From Geosiphon pyriformis uo1 (lineage: Eukaryota; Fungi; Glomeromycota): 64,000 nucleotides of DNA. Position 1 is the first letter of the stretch; every line of letters starts with the position of its first letter. The DNA lies in the NCBI GenBank assembly GCA_016748015.1, contig JAAOMT010000135.1, forward strand, positions 496,001-560,000. Direction: 5' to 3'. Under the pieces are notes generated by a model. It was given only the letters and a program-made list of their open reading frames with translations. It was not told the DNA's origin and did not search any database. Made by a program: the position numbers and the translations under genes. This document shows positions 24,501-38,265 of this stretch, one piece after another.

Positions 24501-27500
24501 CAACAACTTTAACAAAATATTGACTAACTTATATAAACAATTATTATTATAGCCAATAATATGAAAAAACACTAGTAAAAAAAATTGACAACTTCTTTTT
24601 TACAATTAATAAAATTACTATTGTAATCAAAGTATTAGTTATAAATACACTTTAATATTAAGTTCTGATTAGAAATAATTGGTTTCTTAAAACCAATACA
24701 AACTTAAATTAGAAAACCCAAAAATTAAAAATCTTATATTAAAAGCAATATATTAAAGTATTTGTTACTTGTAATACATTTAACAAATAATCAAAAAAAG
24801 CCCTGTATTTAAATTTGAAAAAAAAGAAAAAAAACCAATTATTAAAACTTATATAACTCTTAAATTAATATCTAATTAAACTGAAAAAATAAAACAAAAA
24901 TTTTTTAACAATTTTTTTATCAAAACTACTTGGTTTAAAACTCTAAATCACAATATTAAACCAGTTACTAGTAGTTAAAATAAACTTTATTTTAAACAAA
25001 AACTCAAAAAAAAGAAAGCACATATTTTTTTTAAATATAAAGATTATAACAAAAAGCTTTTATTTATGAAAGTTTACATATTACCAAAAGAGAAATATAA
25101 AATTTGCACTTGTAATTACTACAAAACCTGTTACTAAAAACGATTTGACAACTCAAAACAAAACAAAAAAATAGAATAATACATTTTGTTTTACATGCAA
25201 AAAATTACTGCTTAAAAAATACAATTAGATTAATATTGTAATAAGAAAAAAAATATGTAATCAAATCTGCCAATATGCTTTATTAATTATTAAAAAAGTT
25301 AAGAAAAAAACTTTATTTAATGCAATATACAACAATATTCTTAATAAATTATATTATTATTTTCATAATACTGAAATAATCTATAAATTAGCAATAGTTT
25401 TAATTAATAAAAGAATCCAAAAAAATGGTTATCAAATAAAAAAAGCTGTATATATTATGTATATCTTTAAAATTGCTAAATACAATTATAAAAATAAAGT
25501 AAAAACATACTGCCAAATTGTTAGTCACATTTATCTTTTTAAAGAAATTCAAATTCAACAACTAAAACAAATGAATATTCAATTATATAAAAAATTTATC
25601 ATGTTTTGTAATGTCCAATGGTGTTTAAAATACTATGTTTTTAGTATACTATTATTTACTAAGATAACAAATATGAAATCAAATTTGAAAAAGCTGAATT
25701 AAAAAAAAATTACCAATAATATTAATTTACTTATTTGAAAATCAATTAGTATTATAACTAAAATACTTTGATAACAATAATCAAAAAATTAAATCAGAGA
25801 AAGCTTACAAAGTTAATACAAAATATAATTTACAATATTTTGACAAAGATACTTTGATTCTTTAACCAAAGTTATTTATAAAAATTAATTTAAAAATTGC
25901 TTTTAAAATTTTACTAGAAGCAATAGTACAAATTGTTTCTTAATTATTATTAGCAAGCAAAAAAATCAACATTAAAAAAAAAATTATTAATACAAAATAC
26001 ACTAAAAACATTACAATTATACTACAGAATGAAACCAAAAAACTATTTAAAATTAAACATATTAAAAAAATTATTCAAGCTATTTATTTATCTTTAATTA
26101 AAATTTTGAAATTGCAATTAGTAAACAATAGAAAACAATTAAGCAAAAATAACAAAAAAATACAAAATTTTGGTTTAATAAGATAACTTACAGTTTTAAT
26201 AAATATAATTTTTAGTATACAAAACAAATCTTATCAGATTTTTAGACTTTTATAACCAACTACTATCTTATTTTTTAAAGAATATTAAAAAATTTATACT
26301 TATCCAAAATCTACTATTACTTAATAAATTTTCAAGTCTAATAAACAAATTTACAGAGAATATAATATTTTAATTTTTAATATTTATATTTCCAAAAAAA
26401 TAAAAAAATTCTTAGTTATTTTTTTTAATCTCAATAGTTATCTCATTATTTTATTAAATAGATTAGAAATCGGAATTATACATAGTAATATTTTTCAAAA
26501 TAAAACTTTTAAATTGTTTTTAATTTTTTGAAATTGTAAAACACACCTTTTTCTCAAACCCAAACATTATCTTTAACACCAAAAATTATTATATTATAGA
26601 AAAAAAACTATTTTAAATCAATATGAGTCTACTAAAATTATTATAACAAACAATTTAAGAAATTCATTATCAAATATGCTGATATTTTTGTCAAAGACAA
26701 CAATAATTTAGGAAAAACTAATATTGTTTAGCACTAAATTTACACAAAAGATACTCTATTAAAATGTCAACAAGTTTATTAAGTTTTATTTATTAGTTCT
26801 TAACAATAAGTTTATTTAACTATCAAAAAGTCTTTGGGCTTTACCAATTGTTTTAGTTAAAAAAAAAATAGAAAAATTCGATTTTGTATCAATTATTACC
26901 AATTAAATAATATTACTATTAGAAATATCTATCTATTATTAAAAATTGACAATATGTTAAATGTTTTGGAAAAAACCAAGTTTTTTTTAATATTAAACTT
27001 AAAAAATAGATATTGACAAGTTAAAACAGATCTCAAAAACTGCTTAAAAACAGTATTTATTATCCAAAAAAGAAATTATGAGTTTAATATAATATTTTTT
27101 GGATTTTGTAATATATTGGCAATATTTTAATACTTATAAATATTGTTTATAAAAAACTTTTATAATAATTAATAGTTGTATATCTTAATAACACTAATGT
27201 TTATTTTTTAATCTTTAAAGTTTATTTGATTTATTTACAAAAAGTTTTTCAACAATTATGAAAAACAAAATTAAAATTAAACATTAAAAAATATTATTTT
27301 AAAAAAACAAGCTTAATTTTTTTTGAACACATTATTAACAAAGATAAAATCTTATTTAATCCAAAAACAATTAATACTATAAAAAATTTTAAAGTTTCTA
27401 AAATACTACTAAATTAAAAAATTCACTAAATTAGCCTTTTACTATTAGAAATTCATCAAAGAATTTTCTGAAATTCTCAAATTTTTTAATTATTTGACCA

Positions 27501-27552
27501 ACAAAGATGTAAAATATTAATGAACTTTAATATAACAAAAAGCTTTTAATAT
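21546..27552 (+). mobile_element. Heavily hypermutated Ty3/Gypsy element (LTR type E 21546-22405, PBS, gag-PR-dUTPase-RT remnants)
   Basis: LTR termini tgttattaa...ttaataata; PBS tttagtgctct. Protease ttaatcttagatagtaga (LILDS) near 24450, dUTPase remnant at about 25790-26190, RT YLNN (from YLDD) at 27181 and a decayed GLASYYRKFIK at about 27425. Truncated by the LTR-B insertion. Confidence 0.8.
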
Positions 27553-29103
27553 TATTACTTATAGAAAATAGAAATCATAATAATTAGAGAAAATAGTTAA
27601 TAAAAATTAGACACAGTAGAACAAAAAATTCCAGAATTTTTCTTAACAGGAATTACAGAATTGCAGAATTTCAGAATTTTTTTTAAAAAATTAAAAAATT
27701 TTAAGAAATTTTATATAATGAGAATTATGCATATATATAGTAAAGTTAAAAGCAAAAAAAATAGTTAATTAAATTCAAATAAATATTCAGACAAATAATT
27801 TAAAACACTTTTTTTTTTACTAATAGTTATTATTATCTAAAGTAAAATCATATTAAATAAACTTACACAATTTAATCATTTACTTTATGTTATTATATAC
27901 TAATTAAAATTCTTATTAACTACATTATATTAGCAATTTATGCTAATAATATTTAATATTTAATCACACTAGAACAATAGTTTTTGATCATAGCTATTAA
28001 CAAAATACTAATTTATTTATTTTTTATTATTTTTATTATTTTTTATTTTTTATTATTTTTTTTGTTATTTACTAATTAATTAAAAAATTAAATACTAAGA
28101 TATTAATATCAAAGATAGTCTGGTAAAAGATTTATAAAACAAAAGTAATAAACTTGAAAAAAATAATAGCTTATTAAAAGAGCATAACTGTCAGATTAAA
28201 CTGGTTATTACACTGAAGAAAAAAATTTATAAAAGAAACTATTATTTGAATTTTTGTTTATTATACAAAAAACTTAACTTAAATCTTTAAAAATTAACAG
28301 CATTATTAATTACTAAATACTAAGTTATAGGTTTGTTATTTGTTTTAACATCTTAAATAATTAACTGTAATATTTAGTGCTCTTTATAAGGTCTAATTTA
28401 ACAAAGAACAAATATTATTAACAATTATTTAGAAAAGTGGCAAAATTAGAAGTATTAGAAACAAACTATTTAAAATTTGTCAAATCTTTATTCTAACAAT
28501 ATTAACAACAGTTGGAATTAACCAGCAATTATTTTCTAATTGAATTAATTTTCAATTTTTATGTTAATAAAAAAATTATATATTTTTTAAAAAAACAAAG
28601 AGATTTCAAATTAGTAAAAGAAAATTTTTACAACAAATTACTTTAATATACTAGCTTACTACAAAACTACAATTTTACTTTAATTATTACTAAAATAAAT
28701 TGTAAAATTGAAAAATACACTCAACAAAAATTTCCAATTATATTTGCAAACAAAGACAAAAACAAAATACAAATACCAGTAAGTACATCTAAATTAATAC
28801 AACTACTTAATTAAAAAAAATCCAGAATTATTTTTCTATTACATCTATTATGCTATTATATACTTAGAAGTATTATTAACATATTATTAAAATTCATATT
28901 ATTAGTAACTATAAAAACATTTATAATCCAAGTTCTATTTTAAAACCATCAAAAAAAAACCAAATTATTAAAAACTTATAGTAATTATTTTAAAGGATTT
29001 AAAACATGACCAACAATACTATTAGAACTTTGATTACTACTATTTCAACCAAATTTTGGATCCATTAATAATTAGACAGACATTAATTTAGAAAAAAAAA
29101 ATG

Positions 29104-32100
29104 GAACTTCTTTTCTCTTGTTGATCCCCCAGTCACAATGAGAGTGAGATATTACCAAAGAAAAAGTTTTTTCCTACTCTCTTTTCTCTTTATATTTTCA
29201 ACTATTTTTTCAGACATACTTTTATTCATGGACATAAAACTGGCAAGTCCTGTTGCTGGTGGCTCTGGTTCTACTTCTGCTGGTTTAAGGACCTGGCCTA
29301 ATGCTAAAAAAAAGAGGGTTAATAGTGTGTACTCTTGTAGTGCATCTTACAAGAAGCCTAAGAATCCTAAAGTCAATATTGAAGTAGTTGATTTATCTGC
29401 TGGCCCACTGGGCCTGGCCAATATTGGTGATGCTAACAGTAAGTTTTTGAGATCTTGGGACAGCAAAATAGAAAGTGAGGCAAGTAGCATGAGCAGTCTG
29501 TTAGACTTAGAAAACATAAAAAATACCATCACTAAGGAAACTAGTTATGCCAACTCGGATACTTCTGTGGTCAATAACATGGAGAATGACACCACTCCCA
29601 GAAAAACATGCACTCAAACATACGTGTTAGATAAACCTCCTAAAACTCTTTTGTTTGACGTTTTGAGTAATAATGATGATATGGTGGCTCTTCTGTCTCC
29701 TAAGTTTGCAGGCTTCAAAAAATTGCATTCTATTGGGTCATATGTACCAGAAAAATGCATTTTTAATCCTGTTAAGTCTTTTGCATTGGATATTGGAATT
29801 TCTGCCTTGTCTGGCAAAATTATTGGTGACAAGTTGATTGCTGTAAAAAAGATCTTCTATTAGGTTGACAGTTTTGGAGATGTGTCTGCTCCTTTGAAGT
29901 TTCCAGGCATTATTAGATCTTCTTTTACTTCCAAGTTGAGTTTAATTAAGGCCAAAAAATTGGCAGTTAGTGAAAAAATTCTGGTAAATATTGATGTTAA
30001 GAAACCAAACATCCATTTAGATCGGAAAGTGATAGTCAAAAAAATTCCAGTAGATCTTTTAGATCAACAATTGAGTCAGTCTTTTCTAAGTTTGGTCATG
30101 TAATTTCGATTAGAATGCAACTAATTGGGCTTTGGCAAAAAGCTTTAGTGAAATTTGAGTCATCAGATATGGCTAGCTTGGTTGTTTCTAAATGATCAGT
30201 TCTCATGAGTAAAGATTCTGTTCATGTTGCTTTGGTGTTAAGTGACAAAGAATTGTGGGTGGCCAGAAATCATCATCAGGCATTGTTTTATACTTTTCCA
30301 GTTGGTACAACAGCTCATGATTTGTCAGGTTTGGTGAATTCTTATGGTAGGAAAACTTGTTTTATTGGCCATAATCCCAGCTCTTATGTGCATGATAGAT
30401 GTGTGATTGTGTATTTTGCCGATGAGGCATCCAAATTGGCTGCTATTGGTTCTGTTCTTGTTTATAAGAGTGTGAATTTGCATTGGGCTGGTTTTTTTTT
30501 GGTTCATTGCACCAAGTGTAAACATTTTGGTCATATTTCTGAAGTGTGTTCAATTGGTGGGAATTCTGGAGTTCATAATAAACAAGTGGTGTCCTCTCAA
30601 GATCAGGTTTACTTGGCTAATATTTATAAGAAAAAACAAGCTTCAGTTGCCTGTCTGGTGTTATCCAAGTAGAAAAACCAATCCAAAGTTATGAAGAAAC
30701 ATGACATAACACAAAATAGCACAATAATATTGGATAATACATTATAATATAGGATAATGTATTATAACACAAGATAACACAGAATAGTGTGTAATAACAT
30801 AGGATAACATGTTATAATGCAAGATAACACAGAATAACATGTAATAACATTAGATAATATGTTATAACATAGGATAACTAGCAATAACGTAGAAAAACAA
30901 AGCAATAACAGAAATAACAAAGCAATAGCTAGCAATAGCGAGACAATTGAAAGCAATCCTGTAAAACCAAAAGAATGTATAAAAGCAAGTAGTTGTAGAA
31001 GTTAGAAAAGACAAACAGACAGATACATACAGTTTCACAGGAACTCAATTTTAAAAAGAAAAGGATAATGTTACCTGAGTAGAAAAACTGATCCAAAGTT
31101 ATAAAGAAACGTGACATAACACAAAATAGTACAATAATGTTGGATAATGTATTATAACATAAGATAATGTGTTATAATGCAGAATAACACAAAATAGCAT
31201 GCAATAATATAGGATAACGTGTTATAATGCAGAATAACACAGAATAATATGTAATAATATCAGATAACATATTATAACATAGGATAACTAGCGATAACAT
31301 AGAAAAATGAAGCAATAACAAAAATAACAAAGCAATAGCTAGCAATAACGAGACAATTGAAAGCAATCCTGTAAAACCAAAAAAATGTATAAAAGCAAGT
31401 AATTGTAAAAGTTAGAAAAGACATACAGACAGATAGATATGAACCTTTAGACAAGAATCAAATATCCATATCCCTTTATTATTTATTATCCTTCCTATTT
31501 CATCTTCTGAAATAAACCAATTATTAAAGAAATCAGAGTCACGAATTCATGTTCCCAAACTTCGTGGAATTTACATGAATTAATCCTTGTCTTGTACCTT
31601 TGTTCTAGAACAGATGCTTTTAGCATAACCGCCTTGAATGATCAACAATTTAGACCAATTGCTCTTGATCACAGCAATTGACAATACTAATTTATTTTTT
31701 CTTTCTTTTTTTTTCTTTTCCTTTTCTTTTTCTTTTTTATTTTTTTTGTGGAGTGGCAACATAGTAAAATTGACTGTCTGAAAATAGACTTCGTAATAGT
31801 CTGGTAAAAGAAAAAAGCTCCTCCTAAGTTTTGAATATTAATGTTATCTTGTTAACTTACCAGAAGAGTGAAAAGACAACACCAGACCCTAATGACTGCA
31901 CTCATTAGCTTGGAGAAGAAAGCTCACATTTATGGAAAACATAGCAATTAACAAAAGACAAACTCTGTGTCTTATAACAAAAGAACTCAACAGGTAAATT
32001 TACATCCAGAAATAAACTTTCAGAGACTGATAATCAAGACTAAACCAACAAAATTACGCAGAAAATGCATTATCAATAATTGAGAGCACCAAATGTTATC

Positions 32101-35100
32101 ATTTTCTATACCCACTAAGTTTACCTGTAATACTAGTATCTTTTGGTGGAAAAACTTGGACACAGATTGCTGGTGGCTCATCTTCTCATGTGTCTTTGTT
32201 GATTCCTTCTGGTGCTAATTCAACTTTAAGTAAGACACTTTTGGTGGTGGCTTCTAATTTTTTTGATAATTCTGGTTTGATTGACTGTATGGCTTCTTTG
32301 GAGTGCTCCATGGAGCTTTTATTGGATCAAGTCTCTGAAATTTTGAGAAAATTGAGCTTTGTGGAATTGGTGCCAATTTCCTCTTCTTCTTGCATCTTCT
32401 TTTCTGTTGTTGCTTCTTCTATAGACCTAGCTTTGAATTCAGATATGGCTGTGGATAGTGTGATAATGCCTTCATCTTCTTTTTCTCCTTCCCTATTAAT
32501 TGGAAATGTCATCTCTGACCTGAGTTTAAGCAGCTCAAAGGTTATTACCACTAAGGTAGATGGTTTGGAATCAAAAATGATGGCTTTGGAGGTGTCAGTT
32601 AGTTCAGTTTTGACAAGATTGGATTCTTTGTGTTCTGGTTTGGGTTTATCGGCTCCTTTTTTATCTCAATAACTGATTTAATTTGGAAAATTGCTATGTG
32701 CAATGTCAGAGGAATGAATAATTCTGCAAAGCAAGGTGATATAATTTGTTGGCATAAAGAAATGAACAATAAGATTTCTATTGTTACTGAAACCAAATTA
32801 AAAGATAAGATCCATCTGTGAATTATGAACAGATTTGATGGCATTTATGTTTTCACTTCTGGGGTGGATTTTGCTTATCTGGGTTCAGGCATAGCTATTA
32901 TTATGAACATTTTTTTAGCTCATCATGTGTACAAGGTTTCTGAGATGCCTGATCAGATTTTCTGTGTTAGATTGTTTTTTAAAAATAAACTTTCTGTGTC
33001 AATTTTAGGGCTGTATGCTGGTGTTTCCTCAGTGGTTTGGTTTTCTCAGGCTGGTGACATCAACTCTCTTATCACAAAGACTGTTAACAAGTCTTCTTTT
33101 GTTGTTCTTAGTGGTGACTTTAATGAGAATAATTCTCGCAAATGTGCCAGTTTCAAGAAGTGTTTTGATTTGGGTCTGGTTAACTCTTTGGTTGAAAGTG
33201 CTTTTGCCAAGGTACCTACATGGTGCAATTCTTGTGGAATTGCTAAGATGATTGATTATGTTTTTGTCTCCTCAAATTTGGCCAATGTGATGGTGGATCA
33301 CAATATGGCTAGTGTAGTGGACTATTTTGATACTGATCATGCAGCTGTTTCTGTTTCTGTGAGTTTGGGTGGTTTGTTGAATGTCTGGCAAACAAGAATC
33401 ATTGGAAATATAACATCAAAGATACTAATGAGAGGAAGTGATGCGAGTTTAGGAACACCACAGATGCTTATGCTGCTATGTTTTCATGTGTGTTTAAGAT
33501 GGCAAAGAAGTCTTTAGATCTGGATGCAATATGGAACATTGTTTGTGGAGTTGTGGTTTCATTGGCTAATGGAACATTCAAGAGGAAATGGTTCAAAGAT
33601 TATGACAGTGTTTTTACCAAAATGTCTTCTAAGTTCCATAAACTGGAGTTGCTGGTGTCCAGACTGGTAAAAGCTTCTTATTTGGTTTCAAGTAATGATT
33701 TTGTTTTGCTGCTGAATACATGGGACAGGTTGAACTTCAGTGGTACAGCTAAAGTGAAGTCTCTTTTTCTTTCAGGTTCTACTTTTGATGTTATTTGTTC
33801 TAAATTGGCTAAAACACAAAAGTTTTACCATTCTTCCAAGTTATTGGAATCCAAGCATGCTAAAGAATCTTGCATCAGACAGGCCATTACTAGTAGAATA
33901 GAAAGTTTTGAATTGGATAAAAATCGTACTATTAGGAGTGTACTGGAGTATCCTTTTTGTAAGATGATATTGGATCATTTAGTAGTAGATGATGAGTTGG
34001 TTTTGGAGCCCAATTTAGTTAAGTCTAAAGTGAATAAGATTATGAAGGGTTGGATGAGAAAGTACAGGGTGGTGTTTAACATCTCTGGTGATTGGACTTG
34101 CCAATATCAGCCTTTGGATTATGTTTTTGATGGTGCATTTTCTGGTGTTATGGATCTGATTGGTTTTGACAAATTGTTTGTGGTGGTCTCTGATCTGCCT
34201 GATGATAAAGCAGTTGGACTTTCTGGTATCTCTAATGAATTGTGGAAACACTGTGACAGCTCAGTTTTGGCTATGCTTTCTGTGCTCTTGAATTTGTATT
34301 TGATTCGTGAATCAGTGCCTGGGCCTTGGAGAGAAGCTTGGGTTTCAATAATTCCTAAGCCTTATGAGTAGAAAGATGTTTTTACGAATACTCATCCTAT
34401 TGCATTGATCAAAACAGCTTACAAAATTCTTTTCAAAATTCTTTTGGACAGAATTTCTTTAGCTTGCAGTACTTATAATGTTTTGCATGGGAACAATTTT
34501 TTTGTGTTGAGGGTACAACAATGCAATCACCTATTTTTGCCATTGGTTTTGTAATTGAGGATGCATTGAAAAAAAACTGTGAACTATGGCTGGTTTTGCA
34601 GGACATGCATAAGGCCTATAATTCTGTTGGTTGGAAACATCTCAGAAGAAGTTTGGTTAGAATCAAGATGTGTAACAGGTTTATTAGGTTTTTTGGTAAT
34701 ATTTACAATGGTTGAGTTAACAGAATGATAACAAACTTTGGCTTAACTGATAGGTATTGTGTTCATGATAGTTTAGACCAAAGAAAAGTGTTCTTACCTC
34801 TTTTTTGGCACATATTCTATGATTTGCTTCTATATAAAGTCAAAAGGCAAGAGAATGTATATGATTACAGACTGAATTCTTATTTTGTTTCCAAGTTAGG
34901 CTGGGTGGAATCTCAAATAGAGTTAACATCATTTTTTGCTGCTGATGCTTTCATTGATGATACAATTTGGGTTGGTAGTAGCCAGGCTGCTACACAACAC
35001 ATCCTCAATGTTGCCAGTGAATTTTTTAGGTTTAATGATATTTCTATAAACAATAACAAGACTGTAGCCATCTCTATCAACTGCCAGGTTTCTAACCCTT

Positions 35101-37452
35101 ATCTGACTGTCAGTGGTTCACCTATTTCTATTGCCAAAAAGAAGGAATTTCATTGTTATTTGGGCATTTTTTTGTCTTCTGAGAGTTTATCAAAACCTAG
35201 TATAGCAAAGACGCACTTGGATGTTCGGTTTTTTGTCAATCTTATTCTAAGGAAGGCGATTTCAGATAAGCAGTTTGCATATTTGGTGTTGGCTGTTCTT
35301 TTTCTTATTGTCAGTTACAGGACCCAATTCAGTTTTGTTTCTATCAGTGTTTGTAATAAATAGGATGCTATGATTTGCAGAGGCTTGAAGTCCAAGTCTG
35401 GTCTCCTGCGTGATTTCTTTACTGATATGATCCATCATTCTTCTTTGTATGATTTAAAGACTTTTGAACAGATCCAGGCTGAAAGCAAATCAGCTTCCAT
35501 TGTTTTTTTTATGAATTCATTGGGTATTTTGGATCAGTTATTTTCTCATAAGTCTTATGATCTTCAGGTTTTTAGCTGGTGTTCTTGCCATCCTTTGCAG
35601 TTTTCAGCTCGTATCAGGGTCAACCCCTTTGACAATTTTTTGGCTAGTATAGTCCACATTTTTTTTGGATATGATTTGTCCTTAGGCAGCTCTATAACAA
35701 ATACATTTCATTATTAGGGTGGTATTCCTATGTCTCTTGTTCTTGGAGAACCTGGTTATTTTAAGTATGTCTCCTCTCTTCGGTGGTATGAGATCACTTT
35801 TGTGAACCAGCTGCATGACAAGCATGATAATATTTTTGGTTGGCCAACCTTCAAGTGGTAGAAGTGACTGAATCCTCGTGGCCTTGTTCCCATCTGGTTT
35901 GAACTTTCAGTTCATTTTCTTAGTGGTGTGACTTCTTCTTCTGATTGTTTCTTACCTTTGGATGTCTCCTCCAATATTCTTTGATCTCATGATTTTGATG
36001 TCATTGGCATCAATTTGTTGCATGTTAATGCTGCTCGTCTTTCTGTGTATATGGATAGATCTCTGAGTAGTTTGGGAACTCCTGGTATAATGGCTGGTGC
36101 TGTGGTTTTTTTTGAGGACATTGATTTGGGCCTGGGTGTTGGGGTTTCTTCTATGATGATGAAGTTGCAGGTCATTGCACTGGCTTTTGAGTGTATTCCT
36201 TCTTTCTGTTCTGTCAACTTGTTTTCAGACAACCAGGCTGCTCTGGATGCATGCAAATTGGAATTTGTGTTGGCTTGTCCAGATTTCAGGAATTGGTGCT
36301 GGGTCAAGTGTCGCCATATTGTTAATGTTATTCATCATAAAAATTTAAATGTGAATTGGATTAAAGTTAAAGGTCACTCTAGTGTACCTGACAATGAACA
36401 TGCTGATGCTCTAGCCAGAACTGCTGCTTTCTCTAATAGGTGCCTATCTTACATGATTAGTAAACAATTTCTTTAAGCTGATAATGCAATTGTCTCCAGT
36501 AATTCTCGGCATTTTGTTTATGATATTTTTCGATCTGTTCACTGTTTGTGTTGGGAGGTTGGTTCTGGTTCTTGTATTCTGGCGGATAGTCTACATGCTA
36601 ATATTGATTGGTCCAAATCTTCTTTGGTATGATATCCCAATTTTCACTTGGCTGCTGGCTTTACCAGTGCATGCACTGCTAGCTTCCATTCATACTTTAT
36701 GAAAGCATTGCATCACTGTCTTCCTGTTGTGATATGTAAGCAACTTTATAATAAGTATTATCCTAATGTGGTGTGTTTATTCTGTGGGAATGTCAAGATT
36801 TTGGACCATGTTTTTTCTTGCCCCTTTGATGTGGCTGATTGCACCCACTTGATGGAAGCTTATGTGTCAGCATGAGAGTTACACTTAGGTTTATCTCACT
36901 CTTTTTTTTATATATCACAGTTGTTGCATACTTGTGTTTCCGATGTAATTGTTGGTACTGCTTTGTGTAAAGGCTTTGTTTTCAATGATTGGTATCGTGA
37001 ATCTACTTTCATTTTTAAGGACTCTAAAGTTGCAGCTCAGAATATTGTGTTCTTTGTGTGCGAATTCTGTCTTGCTTTCTGGGATGATATTTGGTTGGTA
37101 CATGCTAAATACCGAGCTGTTATGGAAAAAAGTGGCTTGATCTTACCAGATGGTTTTATTCCTGTCTTAGTTTCTGGTCTTCCAGTGGTGTTATTGGCTG
37201 GTATGATTAAGTAATTGGGTGTTGCTGATGTGTTTGGTGTTAGATTCAGGTTTCATAAGTCTTGTCTGTTTTTCTCAGGTATTAAGGACATGGTCTCTGT
37301 TTATATAAATGTCTAGTGTTGTTTTGATTGGCCTGAGTGGCTGGTTATGTATAGCAAATACATGATTTGCACCTAGTTTAGATTATGAATATGATGTATA
37401 GTACTTGGCCACATTTGAACTTCACTCATTAAAAGAATAAAAAAAAAAAAAA
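29104..37452 (+). mobile_element. Full-length degenerate LINE: ORF1 (RRM-like + CCHC) and ORF2 (APE endonuclease, RT, RNase H, C-terminal CCHC), poly(A) tail
   Basis: ORF1 runs from 29228 to 32672 with CTKCKHFGHISEVC. ORF2 motifs: MCNVRG, SGDFN, IDYVF, TDH (APE); LQDMHKAY and AFIDDT (RT); YMDRS, SDNQAAL and WIKVKGHS..NEHADALA (RNase H); CLFC..HVFSC. Poly(A) at 37439-37452, A-rich TSD ending AAAATG on both sides. Many stops and frameshifts. Confidence 0.92.
30659..32132 (+). mobile_element. Internally deleted LTR element (partial 5' LTR-A + PPT remnant + full 3' LTR-A 31069-32132) inserted in LINE ORF1
   Basis: TGTTA start, TGTAATA end, 4-bp TSD ctgg/ctag. Removing it restores ORF1 ..ACLV|SFGGKTW. 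30659-31025 duplicates 31069-31435. The LTR contains short A-rich tandem repeats. Confidence 0.85.
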
Positions 37453-38265
37453 TGACAATTAGAAAAATAATAATCAAAATCTAATTCCAAATAAACTGAA
37501 AATACAAATTTTGATTGTTTAAACTTAATAAAATCCAAACAATCCAAATTCTGTTTCTATTATTCAACAAAACATATTTCCAATTATTTAAATTAATTTT
37601 TCAATTGTACTAATAGTCATTTTACAATAACCACAATAATAATAACTACTAGTACCAATAACTTATATTCTAATTACAAAACTAAAAAAATTTACAGGTA
37701 AAAAAGACAATATTTAAGAATAATTAAATAATTTGGCAAAGCTATTATAGTCAATAGTTAAGATAATATCAGAAATTTTTAAGCAATTTTCTACTTTTTA
37801 CAAGATATTATTAATTCATAGTATTAGAGTTTGGTCAATAAGTCTTAAACTTTTAATGCATTTAAACAAAATTTTTTGTAATATTTTAATAATTATAATA
37901 GTATCAATTGCTTGTTAACAGAATTTACTATCATTAAGCAAGACAATACAAAAGCAGTTATTACTTATTTAGAACACTTTTATTGAAATCTATACCAAAT
38001 TCAAGTAATTAATATTAACTATTTTACAGCATTTCAGATCTTAAACCAATTTATTTACAGATTATACAGCAATTTATTATAATGAATATGTTTATTATAC
38101 TTAAACACATTTCAAAATGTAATTACTCATGTTAAAAATTTTGAATTGGCAGAACTTAAAGCCAATTATACACAAATTATAAATCTAATAATGAATAAAT
38201 CATTTGAATTGTATTTAAAACTAAAGCAATTTAGCAAATTAATTAATTAAAAATTAAAAAAAAAC

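Noticed and set aside
30762-31762. Hydrophobic minus-strand ORFs resembling membrane peptides
   Set aside because: Translations of low-complexity LTR-A repeats. The same applies to the twin 81-aa ORFs in the type-C LTRs.
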